From: Squalus acanthias
Taxonomy: Eukaryota
Length of the DNA stretch: 64,000 bases
Assembly: GCA_030390025.1 (NCBI GenBank)
Contig: CM059432.1
Span: 25,670,001 to 25,734,000 of the forward strand
Reading direction: 5' to 3'
A program made the translations under genes and the position numbers. The notes below the pieces were generated by a model. It was not told where the DNA came from and made no database searches. It saw only the letters and a list, made by a program, of their open reading frames with translations. Of the stretch, positions 35,874 through 49,378 are shown piece by piece (position 1 is the first letter of the stretch; the number at the start of each line of letters is the position of its first letter).

Positions 35874-38800
35874 GGGGGGAATTTTGCCGGCGCCCAGGGG
35901 GTGGGCTTGGAGGCGGGACCGGTGGCAAAATGGTAGAAAATGGGAGCGGGTCCTTAACCCGCTCCCAACCCACCTCCAAATGATCTTCCCGGGAGTTGGG
36001 TCCCCGATTCGCGCAGGGACCTGTCTTCTAGCGGCGGGAAGGGGATTAGAGCCAATTAACTGCCTGTTAACAGGTAGTTAACAGGTAGTTAAGAGGCTTT
36101 TTCCCATTTTGCACCTACTGCTGCAGGCTTCCTGACATCGGGAAACCCCGCCAGGGTAAGTGAGATGAGCTGTGGGTCTGTTGTACTGTAACTGTAGAAA
36201 TGACAGCTGCAGAGGTAGTGCGAAGGCTGCAATGGGACACTGGTAAGTATGACAGGTGAGAGAATGTTGGGGAAAGTTTTTTTACGGTGGTTTGATGCTT
36301 CTGCAGGTGACAAGCTGTGATGTGTTTGTGCAGCCTCATCTCATCGGGAGAAGTGACAGATGGCTTCTGCAATCTCACATGCAGCTACCATCTGTTTCAT
36401 CCTAAGGAGAGAGTCATTGGAGAGCCTGGGTGCAAGGGCTCACCTTTGGACAGTGATTGTCAGTGTTTGATAGCACCTCAATGCTGTCAAACAATGACAA
36501 TTCATCTGTCAAAAAATTATGGTGCCTGTCACTTTAATAAAACCGGCAGATGAAGCATCATCTTCTTCTTAGGCAGTCCCTCGGAACCGAGGATGACTTG
36601 CTTCCACATTAAAAATGAGTTTGCAGGTGACTGATGAGTCCAATGCGGGACCTACAGTCTCTGTCACAGGTGGGGCAGACGGTGGTTGAAGGGGCGGATG
36701 GGTGGGGTGCTTGGGTTGACGTGCGCTCCTTGCGTTGCCCACGCCTGGCTTCCGCTTGCTCCCGGCGAAGAGACTCGAGGTGTTCGGCGCCTTCCCGGAT
36801 GCTTCACCTCCACTTTGTGCGGTCTTGGGCCAGGGATTCCCAGGTGTCAGTGGGGATGTTACACTTTTTGAAGGAGGCTTTGAGGGTGTCCTTGAAGCGT
36901 TTCCTCTGCCCACCTGGGGTTCTCTTGCCGTGCCGGAGCTCTGAGTAGAGCGCTTGTTTTGGGAGTCTCATATCGGGCATGCTGACAATGTGACCCGCCC
37001 ATCGGAGCTGATCGAGCGTGGTCAAAGCGTCGATGCTGGGGATGTTGGCCTGAGCAAGAACACTGACATTGGTGTGCCTATCCTGCCAATGGATTTGCAG
37101 GATCTTGCGGAGGCAGCGTTGGTGGTACCTCTCCAGTGCTTTGAGGTGCCTGCTGTACATGGCCCATGTCTCTGAGGCATACAGGAGGGCGGGTATCACT
37201 GCTGCTCTGTAGACCATGAGCTTAGTGCCGGGTTTGAGGTCCTGGTCTTCAAACACGCTCTTCCTCAGGCGACCGAAGGCTGCACTGGCACACTGAAGGC
37301 GGTGTTGGACTTCGTCATCGATGTCTGCCCTTGTTGACAGTAGGCTCCCAAGGTATGGAAAGTGGTCCACGTTGTCCAAGGCCTTGTCGTGTATTTTGAT
37401 AATCGGGGGGCAGTACTGTGTGGCGAGGGCAGGTTGGTAGAGGACCTTTGCCTTACGGATGTTTAGTGTAAGGCCCATGCTTTCGTACACTTCGGTGAAG
37501 GTGTTGACGATGGTTTGGAGTTCGACCTCCTAGTGAGTGCAGACGCATGCGTCGTGTGCATACTGTAATTCGGCAACAGAGGATGGGATGACCTTTGATC
37601 TGGACTTGAGGCGACAGAGGTTGAACAGTTTCCCGTTTGTTCTGTAAATTAGCTCCACTCCAGTGGGGAGCTTACTGAGGGTGAGATGGAACATTGCAGC
37701 AAGGAAGATCGAGAAGAGCATTGGTGCGATGACACAGCCTTGCTTGACCCCGGTTCGTACGTGAATTGGGTCTGTGGTGGAACCATTGGTCAGGATCACG
37801 GCTTGCATGTCGTCGTGAAGCAGGCGGAGAAAGGTGACAAACTTTTGAGGGCAGCTGAATTTGTGGAGGACACTCCATAATCCCTCACGGTTGACAGTGT
37901 CGAAGGCGTTTGTGAGATCAAAGAAGGCCATGTACAGCAGTTGGTGCTGTTCCCTGCATTTCTCTTGTAATTGATGTGCGACTCTGGGAGGAGCTCTTCG
38001 GCCACTAGGAGAAGGCGATTGAGGAGGATTCTTGCGATGACTTTCCCTGTGGCAGACAGCAGGGAAACTCCTCTGTAATTACCGCAATCGGACTTGTCAC
38101 CTTTCTTGAAGATGGTCACAATTACGGAGTCTCTGAGATCCCCTGGCATGATTTCCTCCTTCCAGATAAGAGAAATGAGTTCATGAATTCGCGCCAATAG
38201 TGCTTTTCCGCCATGCTTTAGTGCCTCGGCGGGGATTCCATCTGCTCCTGAGGCCTTGTTGTTCTTCAGTTGTTGGATGGCCTTTTCAACCTCATGCCGG
38301 GCTGGGGTTGTGCTGAGATGGTGACGGGTAGCATGCTGCGGAATGGAGTTGAGGACACTCGCGTCGAAGACAGAGTCGCGGTTAAGGAGATCTTCGAAGT
38401 GCTCCTTCCAGCGGGCACTGACTGCCTCTCTGTCCTTGATGAGTACCTCTCCGTTCTTGGCCCACAGTGCGGTAGGGCCTTGGGTGCTTGGGCTGTAGGT
38501 GGTCTTGACTGCGCTAAAGAATCCACGCACGTCGTGGTTGTCGGCTAGCTGCTGGATCTCCTGCACTTTCTCCACCCACCATCTGTTCTTTAGGTCGCGA
38601 GTTTTTTGTTGGACCTTGGCCTTCAGGCGTCTGTAGAGCTGCTTTCTTGCTCTCGAGTTCTGTTGCTGTTTCCAGATCAGGAATGCCTTGCGCTTGCGGC
38701 TTATTAGCTCCTGGATCTCCTGGTCGTTCTCGTCGAACCAGTCTTGGTGTTTCCTGGTCAAGTGACCGAGCGTCTCTTCACAGGTGCTGATTATGGAGGC

Positions 38801-39785
38801 CTTGAGTGCAGACCAGGTGCTGTGGGCACTCTGTGTCTCTGCATCACTGGGAGTCGTCAGGGTGTTTGTGAGGCGCAGGCTGAATAGGGCTTTCTCCAGT
38901 GTTAATTTTCTTGCGGCATTGTTTCTGTTGCCGCTGTAGTTTTGGGGCTACATTGATGGAGATGACAGAGCGGATTAGGCGGTGGTCTGTCCAGCAGTCG
39001 TCAGCTCCTGTCATGGTGCAGGTGATGCGGACGTCCTTGCGGTCCCTCGCTCGGACGATGACGTAGTCCAGAAGATGCCAGTGCTTGGAGTGAGGGTGCT
39101 GCCATGAAGTCTTGTACTTTTCTCTCTGACGGAACAAGGTGCTGGTTATGACAAGGCCATGTTCTAAGCATTTCGACAGGAGGAGGGTACCGTTGAAGTT
39201 GGCTTTCCCTACCCCCTCTCTGCCGATCACACCTCCCCAGAGGTCTGTGTCCTTTCCAACTCTGGCGTTAAAGTCGCCAAGGAGGATCAGCTTGTCGCCC
39301 GTTGGGACTCGGGGCAGGGATTGTTCGAGGCTGGAGTAGAATCCCTCTTTGGTCTTGTCTGTGGCTTCCAGTGTTGGGGCGTACGCACTGATGACCGTAG
39401 CGCACTAGTTCCGGGCTAGGGTGAGCCGAAGAGTCATGAGGCGCTCGTTTATACCGCTAGAAGAGTCTCTGAGACGCCCAACTAGTTCATTTTTTATGGC
39501 AAAGCCTACCCCATGGAGGCGGCATTCTTCTTCAGGTTTGCCTTTCCAGAAGAAGGTGTAGCCACCACCTTGCTCCTTAAGCTGGCCTTCCCCTGCCCGC
39601 TGGGTCTCACTGACGTCATCTGACACCGGCTTTCCCCTAATTGGCCGGCAAGACCGCAGGGCGGGCTTAACAAGGCCAATCAAGGGAAAATAGCGTCTGT
39701 TCGTCAGACGTCGCTGGGGGCGGGACTGAAACCCGAAAACCAGCAGTCCCGCCTCGACCTCCGGATCTACAGTAAAATCCAGCCC
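35874..39785 (-). mobile_element. About 0.8-kb Harbinger-type MITE (copy 1) containing an RTE insertion
   Basis: Termini ggggggaatttt / aaaatccagccc, flanks tat/taa. The sequence outside the RTE is the reverse-complement homolog of 61156-61966. Confidence 0.8.
36561..39610 (-). mobile_element. RTE-clade LINE, nearly full ORF, frameshifted
   Basis: Endonuclease SETQRAGEGQLKEQGGGYTFFWKG, HGVGFAI, LLDYVIVR, WTDHRL; RT KASGADGIPAE, GNYRGVSLLS, GVKQGCVIAP, LQYAHD; C-terminal RWAGHIVSMPD..LPKQ; (gaa)n 3' tail. Confidence 0.95.
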
Positions 39786-40272
39786 TAAGACGCTATGTTG
39801 AATAAATAGTCAAAATAAAATTAACAAGCCTTAAGCATGATTATAGGTCAGAAGAATTTAGTATTTTTCCCTCACAGAGTAGCAGATACTCCAAGATCTG
39901 CCGATCAAATGAGTTGATGCTGTGCTGCTTAACTCCTTCAAAACAGATCTGACTAAATATCTGGTTGGGAAAAGCATTGGAGATTGTAGAGATAGTATAG
40001 GCTGAGATGGGCAAATATACCATGAGTCACAAAGAGTAGAATTTCTGAAGGGGTTCTTTTGATCTCTTGCCCTAAATTCGGTGGAAGATTGAAGGAAACT
40101 ATGGAGAAACTGTGTAAATGGCCATTTACTCCATTTCTCTGGAGTTTCCGCTGATCTTTCGCCGAAGTTATAGCAGTAGATCGGGGAACTCCCATTGATA
40201 TTCGTGCTTTCCAGCAGGGAATCACTGGACAGCAGTCAGGAGTGGAAACTATGGCAGCTTTTCTCTTCCTTC

Positions 40273-40705
40273 CAACAACAATAACTTGCATTTATATAGT
40301 AGCTTTAACATAGTAAAATGTCCCAAGGTGCTTCACAGGAGAGTAATCAGACAAAAAAATTGACACCAAACCAAAGAAGGAGACGTTAGGACAGGTGACC
40401 AAAAAGTGGTAGGTTTTAAGGAGCCTCTTAAAGGAGGAGAGAGCTGTGTAGAAGCAGAGAGGTTTAGGGAGGGAATTCCAGAGCTTAGTGCCTAGACAGC
40501 TGAAGGTACAGCCGCCAATGGTGGGGGAAAAGGAAATCAGGGATGCGCCGAAGGTCAGAGATGGAGGAACACAGTTTTCAGAGGGTTGTCGGGCTGGAGG
40601 AGGTTGCAGAGATAGGGAGTGGTGAGGCCATGGAGGAATTTGAACACAAGGATGAGAATTTTAAATTTGAAGCATTGGTGGACCGGGAGTCAATGCAGGT
40701 CAGTA
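40273..40705 (-). mobile_element. L2 LINE 3' end
   Basis: (caa)n tail plus cttgcatttatatag...cccaaggtgcttcacagga; similar to 62477-63030. Confidence 0.85.
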
Positions 40706-41384
40706 ACCCAGAGGCACTAAAACCAATTGTGGCATCCATAATGCCACCACAGCTGAGAGCAAATAGCTCAGCATAGACCAAACCTGTAACCTTCTGGTCT
40801 GCATGACTTAGTATCACACCACCAAGCACACTTAGAAACTGAACCTTTTAGAGCTAGGGCTTCAAATCAGTCCTTTTTTAAAACTATTTCTAATTGAAAC
40901 GCATTCAGGATCTACACAAAACTCATGAAGCCAAATTGTGTTTTAAGTTTTTAGACTAAAAGATTTCAAAGACACAAACAGCTTCATACAAGGGCAAGTT
41001 ATTATTTCATTATGGATGTGATGTGGGAGGAGGAAAGAAGTTGATGTAGTATGTGGGAATTATAATGAAAATGTGGGATAATCCTTCTGGAAGTGGGAGG
41101 ATTAAGATGTATAAAGCAGGAAATTGATGTAATGAAAAGCAATGAACCAATTAATAGTGCTGAGCACTTGAAAATTATAATGTCATCTCCCCCAGAGATC
41201 CAGAGTAACAGACTTAACTATGAAAACAATAGTAAGTTTGCTACTGTCGTATTTACATCATTTATGTGCTTCTAGTTCAAAACATTGTGAGGGATGTCAG
41301 TGCATGAGGAACCGAACATTTTTTCCAGTTTTTGTACTCAGTATACCAAGTATTCCCTGGTCAGTAATGGTCTAGGCCAAATGC

Positions 41385-41795
41385 TCTACTCGGCCAAATA
41401 CTCTGTGAGTCAGAAGGCTGTGAGTTCAAGGCACAACTCCATGACTTGAGCCCATTATCTAGACTGCAATGCCATGCAATACTTAGAGAGTGCTATGCTG
41501 TTGAGGTGCCATCCTTCAGATGAGACATTAAACCAAGTCTACCTGTTCAGCTGGATGTTGCAAATCCCATAGCACTATTCAAAGAAGTGAGGCGAGTGCT
41601 GCGCTGTCTCAAGGATTACAGCACTGATGCATTTAAGGGGGGGCTTGATGTGTACCTGAGGGAGAAGGGAATAAAGGGATACGGTTCCAGGGTGGGAAGA
41701 AGTAGTTAGAGTGGGAGGATGAGTATAAACATCGGTACAGACCAGTTGGGCCAAGTGGCCTGTTTCTGTGCTGTAGATTTTATGTAATTCTATGT
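41385..41795 (+). mobile_element. DeuSINE 5' part followed by a CR1 tail
   Basis: gagtcagaaggctgtgagttcaag...gaggtgccatccttcagatgagacattaaacc, then gaccagttgggccaagtggcctgtttctgtgctgta. Confidence 0.65.
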
Positions 41796-43474
41796 CCGAG
41801 GGGCTTTCCTTTGGATGAGATATTAAATCAAGCTCTTACTTCTGTCATTATTGAAAAGGAAAGCATAGCTCCATGCACTGCCCACCAGGCCCAAGTGCCA
41901 ATGTGATTCTGAATAACCGAAAACAGCAAATAATATAGTTCTTTTAATCATTAAAATGAGAATGGTGAGCAGTCGGCTACCAGTATTCTAACTTTAAAAG
42001 CTTACTTTCTTTTTCTTGGCAGGGTTTACAAGCTCTGCTTATCCCACTGTGGGACCAACTCCTTCAGGTCACTTCTAATGGATGCTTGGCATAAAGGGCT
42101 CTTCATGCAGTTGCAAGGGGATTTGGCTTGGATCCTCCAACAGAAGGAAATCAGTGATTGACCACAGCTGCGCCAGCAGTAACTGAATACCAAAACTCGT
42201 GTGGATGGGTTGGCCCCTGTGACCTGCGTGATGCCACATGCTGCTTTTGACCAGGTTTGTATTTCACCAGCCGGGGATGTTCCAGGTAGGTAGATGCCTC
42301 CTGACTGAAAACCTTACACTCAGCATTTGTCCACTATTGACAGCTTTACCTCAGCAGGACCCATAGAGTATTATGGGTGAGTAGGTTTTATTTTGACACA
42401 GATATAATGTATAGATAAGACAAAGAGACAAATTAATTTCCTGAGGAGACAGAAATAATCTCCAATTTGTTGAATATTTATAGACTGCAAATAACACTAA
42501 ATGTTTTATGAAGAAAATGTGCCTCAGCCTACAACCATATGTTGTGTCTATTGAGAATATGTTTGAACATATCACCTCTGGCAATTTATTGTGCGAGTAC
42601 TTCTGGCATTGCTTTACAGACCTGTGTCATTGCCAAAGTCTGTAAAGTCTCTGTTTTTTATCCTGAAGTTTTATTTTTAGAGTGACATACTTGCACTTCA
42701 ATAACAGAATACAGTCCATAAGTCACACAGTATTCTTATGTCAGAGCATTACCTAACAACTCTTGTGATTGGAGTGACCGATTCCTTTGGTTGAAGATTT
42801 AGTGCCCAATTTGGAGAACACAAGCAGTTTGGCCCTGAAGTTCCGGGAGTTCCATCCCACCAGCAGAAGTGCAGCAGAGCAGGACTCCAGAACGTCAACA
42901 CCCTGTCCCAAATCGCGGGGATGGGACCACTTAAACAGTTGGGACGGCTGGCCCACTTCCATCTGCACACATCAGGACAGCCTCCGCCGACAGCCAAAAG
43001 GAAGATTGGACTGATGCCATGGCGGGCCTGAGGCCCACGGAGGGCCAATGAGGAAAAGAATGGAAAATTAGTAAAAATTCTATAAAGGAAGCTCATGGCT
43101 ATTTTTGGCGAGGCAATCAATCCCATCTGGGATTTATTACCTCTCTCTCCAGCACAGTCTTGGGCCGTTACTAGGTGCACAGCAGAACTAAAATTGGGCC
43201 TAACAAAGGCATAACTGGTGGAATTCCTAGGGAAACCCGGGACACCCCCCACCCCAACCCCCAACCCCCAAATCCCCCAACCCCCAAATCCCCCACGCCC
43301 CACTCGCCCCTCCTCCTCCCTCTTCCCCCCAGATATGCCTCCAAAACATAGCAAGTGTGGGTGGAACATTTGGGCAAAATGTAAACATGGCAGATAGCCT
43401 GATTCCTCTTAAAAGTGCCCCCACCCCACCGGCAGTCCACCCACTTTACAGTAATTTCAGTGCTTTTGTTTATT

Positions 43475-43780
43475 GTCCCTTCCTCTCCTGAAGGTGCTGA
43501 CTCTCACTGGGGCAAAGCTGCATGGCAATGTGACCATTCTTACTGTGTGAGCCTAAACAGCGAGCAGTATCTATTTGACCATGAAGAACATTACAGCTAA
43601 TCCTGACCCTTTCTTCACCTCACGTCCATACATATATATCCTTCCAGTTGGAGTGACTACATCAGGGTTGGGAAGAAACCCTGTCTCAATTTTGCCTTCC
43701 CGAGTCTAGGAACACTGAAAGCAGTTATGTCACCCCAAGCATTGGTCTGGCTGAGAGCAGCTAACTTAGTATAGATGCAA
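43475..43780 (-). mobile_element. LF-SINE-like copy
   Basis: cctctcctgaaggtgctgactc...ccattctt..tgtgtgagccta...ctatttgaccatg...ggctgagagcagctaact. Confidence 0.7.
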
Positions 43781-44024
43781 CCTTCTGCTCGGTACTTCCT
43801 TGGGTAGTGACATCATCCACTAGCTTGGGGGAGCTAATACAAACAATTTTAAAGCTGAACTCATCAAACTCAAGGTAAATCATTCCATACATGTAGACCC
43901 AACTACTAATCATTTCCAGCTGTTTAGACTCTAAACCTTTTGTGATTGGTGGTCAAGAAATCATACCATCAACATCAACAGATATCCACTGCTGACCCAG
44001 CAATATAGGTTGATGGTAGTCTAA

Positions 44025-46200
44025 GGGCTGGATTTTGCCAATGGGGAGCTTTTGGAGGCAGGACTCCCACTTGTCGGGTTTTAGTCCCGCCTCCATCGAC
44101 TTCTGGCCGACCCACGCTATTTTCCCTTGATTGACCTTGTTAAGCCCGCCCAGCGGGCTTAGCAGGCCAATTAAGGGGAAGCCAGTTACAGGTGATGTCA
44201 GCGAGTGATGTTTCATCTGTCAAAAATTTTTGACAGATGAATTGTCATCGTTTGACAGCTCTGTGAAGCTGTCAAATACTGACATTCTCTGTAGTTTGAT
44301 GAGTTCTTGAATTCAAGACTCATCAAACCTCTTTATTTAGCAGAAATTAGATGGTTGTTGCATTGGAGAATGCAGCAGCCATCTGTCAACTCTGCCGCGG
44401 AGATGCGAGACTCTCCGCATCCCCAACTCTTGAAGCCTGCAGGAAGAAACAAAGGTAAGTAAACTTTTTCTAACACTTTCCACTTACATCACATACTCAC
44501 CTCTCCACACTTGCACCGATCACTTACTTTCACAGCGCACTTTTGCACCCCTCTGAGCCGCACAGACCCACTGCTCGCCTCGGTGACCCTGGCGGGATTC
44601 ACAGCCTTCGGGATACCCACACTTGTGTGGGTAAAATGGGGATAATCCTCGTATCGGTGTCATTGACAGTGCTATCAAGCGGCACTTACTCACCAATAAC
44701 CAGCTCACTGATGCCGAGTTTGGGTTCCGCCAAGACCACTCGGCTCACGACCTCATTACAGCCTTGGTCCAAACATGGACAAAGGAGCTGAATTCCAGAG
44801 GTGAGGTGAGAGTGACTGCCCTTGACATCAAGGCAGCATTTGACCGAGTCTGGCATCAAGGAGCCCTAATAAAACTGAAGTCAATGGGAATCGGCTGGAA
44901 AACACTACACTGGCTGGAGTCATACCTAGCACAAAGGAAGATGGTTGTGGTGGTTGAAGGTCAATCATCACAGCCCCAGGACATCGCTGTAGGAGTTCCT
45001 CAGGGCAGTGTCCTAGGCCCAACCATCTTCAGCTGCTTCATCAATGACCTTCCCTCCAACATAAGGTCAGAAATGGGGATGTTCGCTGATGACTGCACAG
45101 TGTTCAGTGCCATTCACAACTCCACAGATAATGAAACAGTCCATGCCCGCATGCAACAAGACCTGGACGATGTTCAGACTTGGGCTGATAAGTGGCAGAT
45201 AACATTCACGCCACAGAAGTGCCAGGCAATGACTATCTCCAACAAGCGAGAGTCTAACCACCTCCCCTTGACATTCAATGGCATTACCATCGCCGAATCC
45301 CCCACTATCAACATCCTAGGGGTTACCATTAAGCAGAAACTTAACTGGACCAGCCACATAAATACTGTGGCAACAAGAACAGGTCAGAGGCTAGGTATTC
45401 TGCAGCGAGTGTCTCACCTCCTAACTCCCCAAAGCCTTTCCACCATCTACAAGGCACAAGTAAGGAATACTCTCCACTTGCCTGGATGACTGCAGCTTCA
45501 ACAACACTCAAGAAGCTTGACACCATCCAGGACAAAGCAGCCCACTTGATTGGCACCCCATCCACCACCTTAAACGTTCACTCCCTCCACCACCGGCATA
45601 CCATGACTGCAGTGTGTACCATCTACAAGATGCACTGCAGCAACTCGCCAAGGCTTCTTCGGCAGCACCTCCCAAACCCACGACATCTTCCACCTAGAAG
45701 GACAAGGGCAGCAGGTGCATGGGAACACCACCACCTCCAAGTTCCACTCCAAATCACACACCATCCTAACTTAGAAGTATATCGCCGATCCTTCATCGTC
45801 GCTGGGTCAAAATCCAGGAACTCCCTACCTAACAGCACTGTGGGAGTACCATCACCACACGGACTGCAGTGGTTCAAGAAGGCGGCTCACCACCACCTTC
45901 TCAAGGGCAACTAGGGATGGGAAATAAATGCTGGCATTGCCAGCGACGCCCTGATCCCATAAACGAATAAAAAAAAAAGAAAATCTGCCTGTTAACTACA
46001 CGTTAACAGGCAGTTAAGTGGCTGTAATCCCCTTCCCGCCTCCAAGGAGACGGGACTCGGCACGGGTCGGTTACCCGCCTCCTGGCAAGATGGCACGGAG
46101 GCAGGTTGGAGGCGGGATGGGCACCCGCCCCCAGATTCTGCCATTTTCCCGGCAGTCCCGCCTCCATACCTGCCTCCCTAGGGCTGGCAAGATCGCGCCC
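44025..46200 (+). mobile_element. About 0.8-kb Harbinger-type MITE (copy 2) containing a LINE insertion
   Basis: Termini gggctggattttgcc / ggcaagatcgcgccc, flanks taa/tag, collinear with 61156-61966. Confidence 0.8.
44651..45980 (+). mobile_element. LINE family B, 5'-truncated, poly-A tail
   Basis: ORF 44764-45489 RT (ALDIKAAFDRVWH, GVPQGSVLGP, FADD); A tail at 45968-45978. Confidence 0.93.
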
Positions 46201-46639
46201 TAGGTTTCCATTGATGGTCAGGGAATGTCCCTCCCTTGAATCCATCACTAGCTTTTTCTTCCTCTGACTACCAATACAGCCTATTTTACCAGACTCTGCA
46301 CTAAAGTAGCAAGCTCCTAACTTGAGGCCGGGAACCTGCCAAAAATTTCCGTGAGTGGGGAGGAACAGATTATACCCTAAAGAGTTGTATACCAGATTTA
46401 AAGGTTAGTGGCCATTGTGGAGACATAGGGGTAGATCTTGACTTCGTGTGATAGTGTAAAACGGGTGATAGCGAGTCGACAGCCCGTTTTACATCTCTCC
46501 CCATTTTTATTTCCACCCACACTCCCTGAAAAATATCTCTACAACTTCTTTCCCAGCAGATATCCATGAGATCTATTTTAAAGATGTCAATTGACCTCCA
46601 CATCAACTATTCCCTCCGTTCTTTTTAAATATTGTTATA

Positions 46640-46842
46640 TGATCTTTAACATCCACTTGAAGCACCAGATGGGGCTTTAGTTTAGTGTCATTTGAAGGAT
46701 AATAGCTTTAACAATGCATCACTTTTTCAATAATACACTGCAGCATTGGCCAAGATTATGTGCTCGAGCCCGAGAGTGGGGCTTGATCTTGCAATCTTCC
46801 AACGCATGGGCCAAATGGCCACCAACTGAGCCACACTGACAC
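46640..46842 (-). mobile_element. Old DeuSINE 5' part
   Basis: Reverse complement similar to 58601-58800 (ccaactgagccacactgacac end; gattatgtgctc.ag...gagtggg.cttga). Confidence 0.6.
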
Positions 46843-48209
46843 TAACAAGAAGACACTCCCTGCTCATAACCACTCTGTTTGTTTCTCCAACTCCATTCTT
46901 ATGCTAATGCTATGGAAATCAACATCTGAATAGGTCCCAAATAATTCAAACATGGGTAGCAGCAAACTAGGATTGATATTGAGAAGCTCAGTGGTATCAT
47001 TATGTTTTTAGCTGGCGAAGATACGCGTGAGTTGCCACACCTCATCTGCATGGGGTGGCCAGTCGTTGTACTGTACCAACACATTTATATAATCCTTTTA
47101 CACATGAGAAGTTTGTTAGACTAACCGACATTAGGACATGCAATTCCTAGTGGACCCAGTTAGCACGCTGACTGCATGAACAATGACTGCACAGTCATTA
47201 TCCTGTTATAGACACTTTGCCTTGCAGTTTTAGAGACTTGAGTTGTCAAATGTAATTGTATGGAATATGTGATATGCATACAATTCCCTGTCCCTGCACG
47301 TCCAGGGTTTCTATTGATTAAACTGCAGCAGTACGTTGGGTCAGTAACCCTCAATTCAGAAACATTGATTTTGTTTAAGAACAAAAACTGCTTGTATGAA
47401 ATAATTCAAATTTTTTCCTCCTCTCTTCTCATACTATACGTATCAATGGCGTTCTGGCATACACAGTAGGGCTCTTACCTATAGCAATTCACTATAGGAT
47501 GTCCATTCTCATTATTTTACAATACATGACACTATTTTGTTCAGCGCTCCCTAGGGAAATGGTGGGTTCACTTTCAATGTGGCTAATGAAGAGACAGCTA
47601 AATTTGTGCATCATTTTTGCGACTGAAAGCCTCACAATCGTTAACTGATCAATAAAACTGCTGTTAAATCGTGACTACGGTTGACAGGTGTATTTCTATC
47701 TGTTTTGGGTTTTTCTGGTTTTTGCTTTGTTTTGTTGGTATAATCTCAAAGAAGCAATCAAGCCAAATCCCCAATGTGCAGGCCCCTAAAATTTACTCCT
47801 AATTGTCCGATTTGAGTCAGCTATAATGGGGAAAACAGTTACCTGCAATCTGTCCGACCCAATATTGGGGGTCGGCTAAAACAGAGACCAATTCATGAAG
47901 CTCACTGCACTTGTTCAGGTGAGGCCTGAGGACCAATTTCGGGAGTACTTCAGGCAGACTTCTTTGAGCACACGTTGCAGTCGAGCAGCATGTTTCGCAC
48001 CCGTAGTCGGACCGTTAACCAATTCCTCCCCCAATGCTCTTGGCTATACTGCATTCAAGTGTGCTGGTGTGGGGATGTCACAAAATTACAAGCAAATCAT
48101 TGATATGAAAGAGAAAGCCAAATGGGTCAGTCCAGCTGTAGCAATCTAAGCTGCAATATCTAAGGAATGCCTGAATATCACTGAAGAACCCGTATCTGAG
48201 CTCAGCATC

Positions 48210-49378
48210 GAATCATAGAATGGTTACCGCACAGAAGGAGGCCATTCGGCCCATTGAGCTCGTGTCGGCTCTCTGCAAGAGCACTTCAGCTAGTCTCACT
48301 CCCCCACCCTTTCCCCGTAGCCCTGCAAATTTATTTCCTTCAGGTACTTATCCAATTCCCCTTTGAAAGCCACGATTAAATCTGCCTCCACCACCCTCTC
48401 AGGCAGTGCATTCCAGATCTGCGTAAAATAATTTTTCCTCATGTCGCCTTTGGTACTTCTGCCAATCACCTTAAATCTGTGTCCTCTGGTTCTCGACCCT
48501 TTCTCTCTGTCTAAACCTCTCATGATTTTGAACACCTCTATCAAAACTCCTCTCAACCTTCTCTGCTCTAAGAAGAACAACCCCAGCTTCTCTAGTCTAT
48601 CCATGTAACTGAAGCCCCTCATCCCTGGAGCCATTCTTGTAAATCTTTCCTGCACCCTCTCTAAGGCCTTTACATTCTTCCTAAAGTGCGGTGCCCAAAA
48701 TTGGACACAATACTCCAGTTGAGGCCGAACCAGTGTTTTATAAAGGTTTATCATAACTTCCTTGCTTTTGTACTCTATGCCTCTATTTATGAAGCCATAT
48801 GCTTTTTTAACCGCTTTCTCAACCTGCCCTGCCACATTCAACGATTTGTGCACATATACCCCCAGGTCTCTCTGTTCATGCACCCCCTTTAGAATTGTAC
48901 CCTTTAGTTTATATTGCGTCTCCTCGTCCTTCATACCAAAATGTATCACTTCGCACTTTTCTGCATTAAATTTCATCTGCCACGCATCCGCCCATTCCAC
49001 CAGCCTATCTATATCCTCTTGAAGTCTATCACTATCCTCCTCACTGTTCACTGTACTTCAAAGTTTTGTGCCATCTGCAAATTTTGAAATTGTGCCCTGG
49101 ACACCCAAGTCCAACTCATTAATATATATCAAGAAAAGCAGACCCCTGGGAACACCACTGTGTACTTTCCTCCAGTCTGAAAAACAACTGTTCACTGCTA
49201 CTCTCTGTTTCCTGTCACTTAGCCAATTTCGTATCCATGCTGCCACTGTCCCTTTTATTCCATGGGCTTCAACTTTGCTGGCAAGCCTATTATGTGGCCC
49301 CTTATCAAATGCCTTTTGCAAGTCCATGTACACCACATCAACTGCATTGCCCTCATCCACCCTCTCTGTTACCTCATC
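48210..49378 (-). mobile_element. CR1 ORF2 3' half
   Basis: ORFs 48296-49051 and 49058-49360 with VYMDLQKAFDK, KFADGTKL and LVRPQLEYCVQFWAP. Confidence 0.93.
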
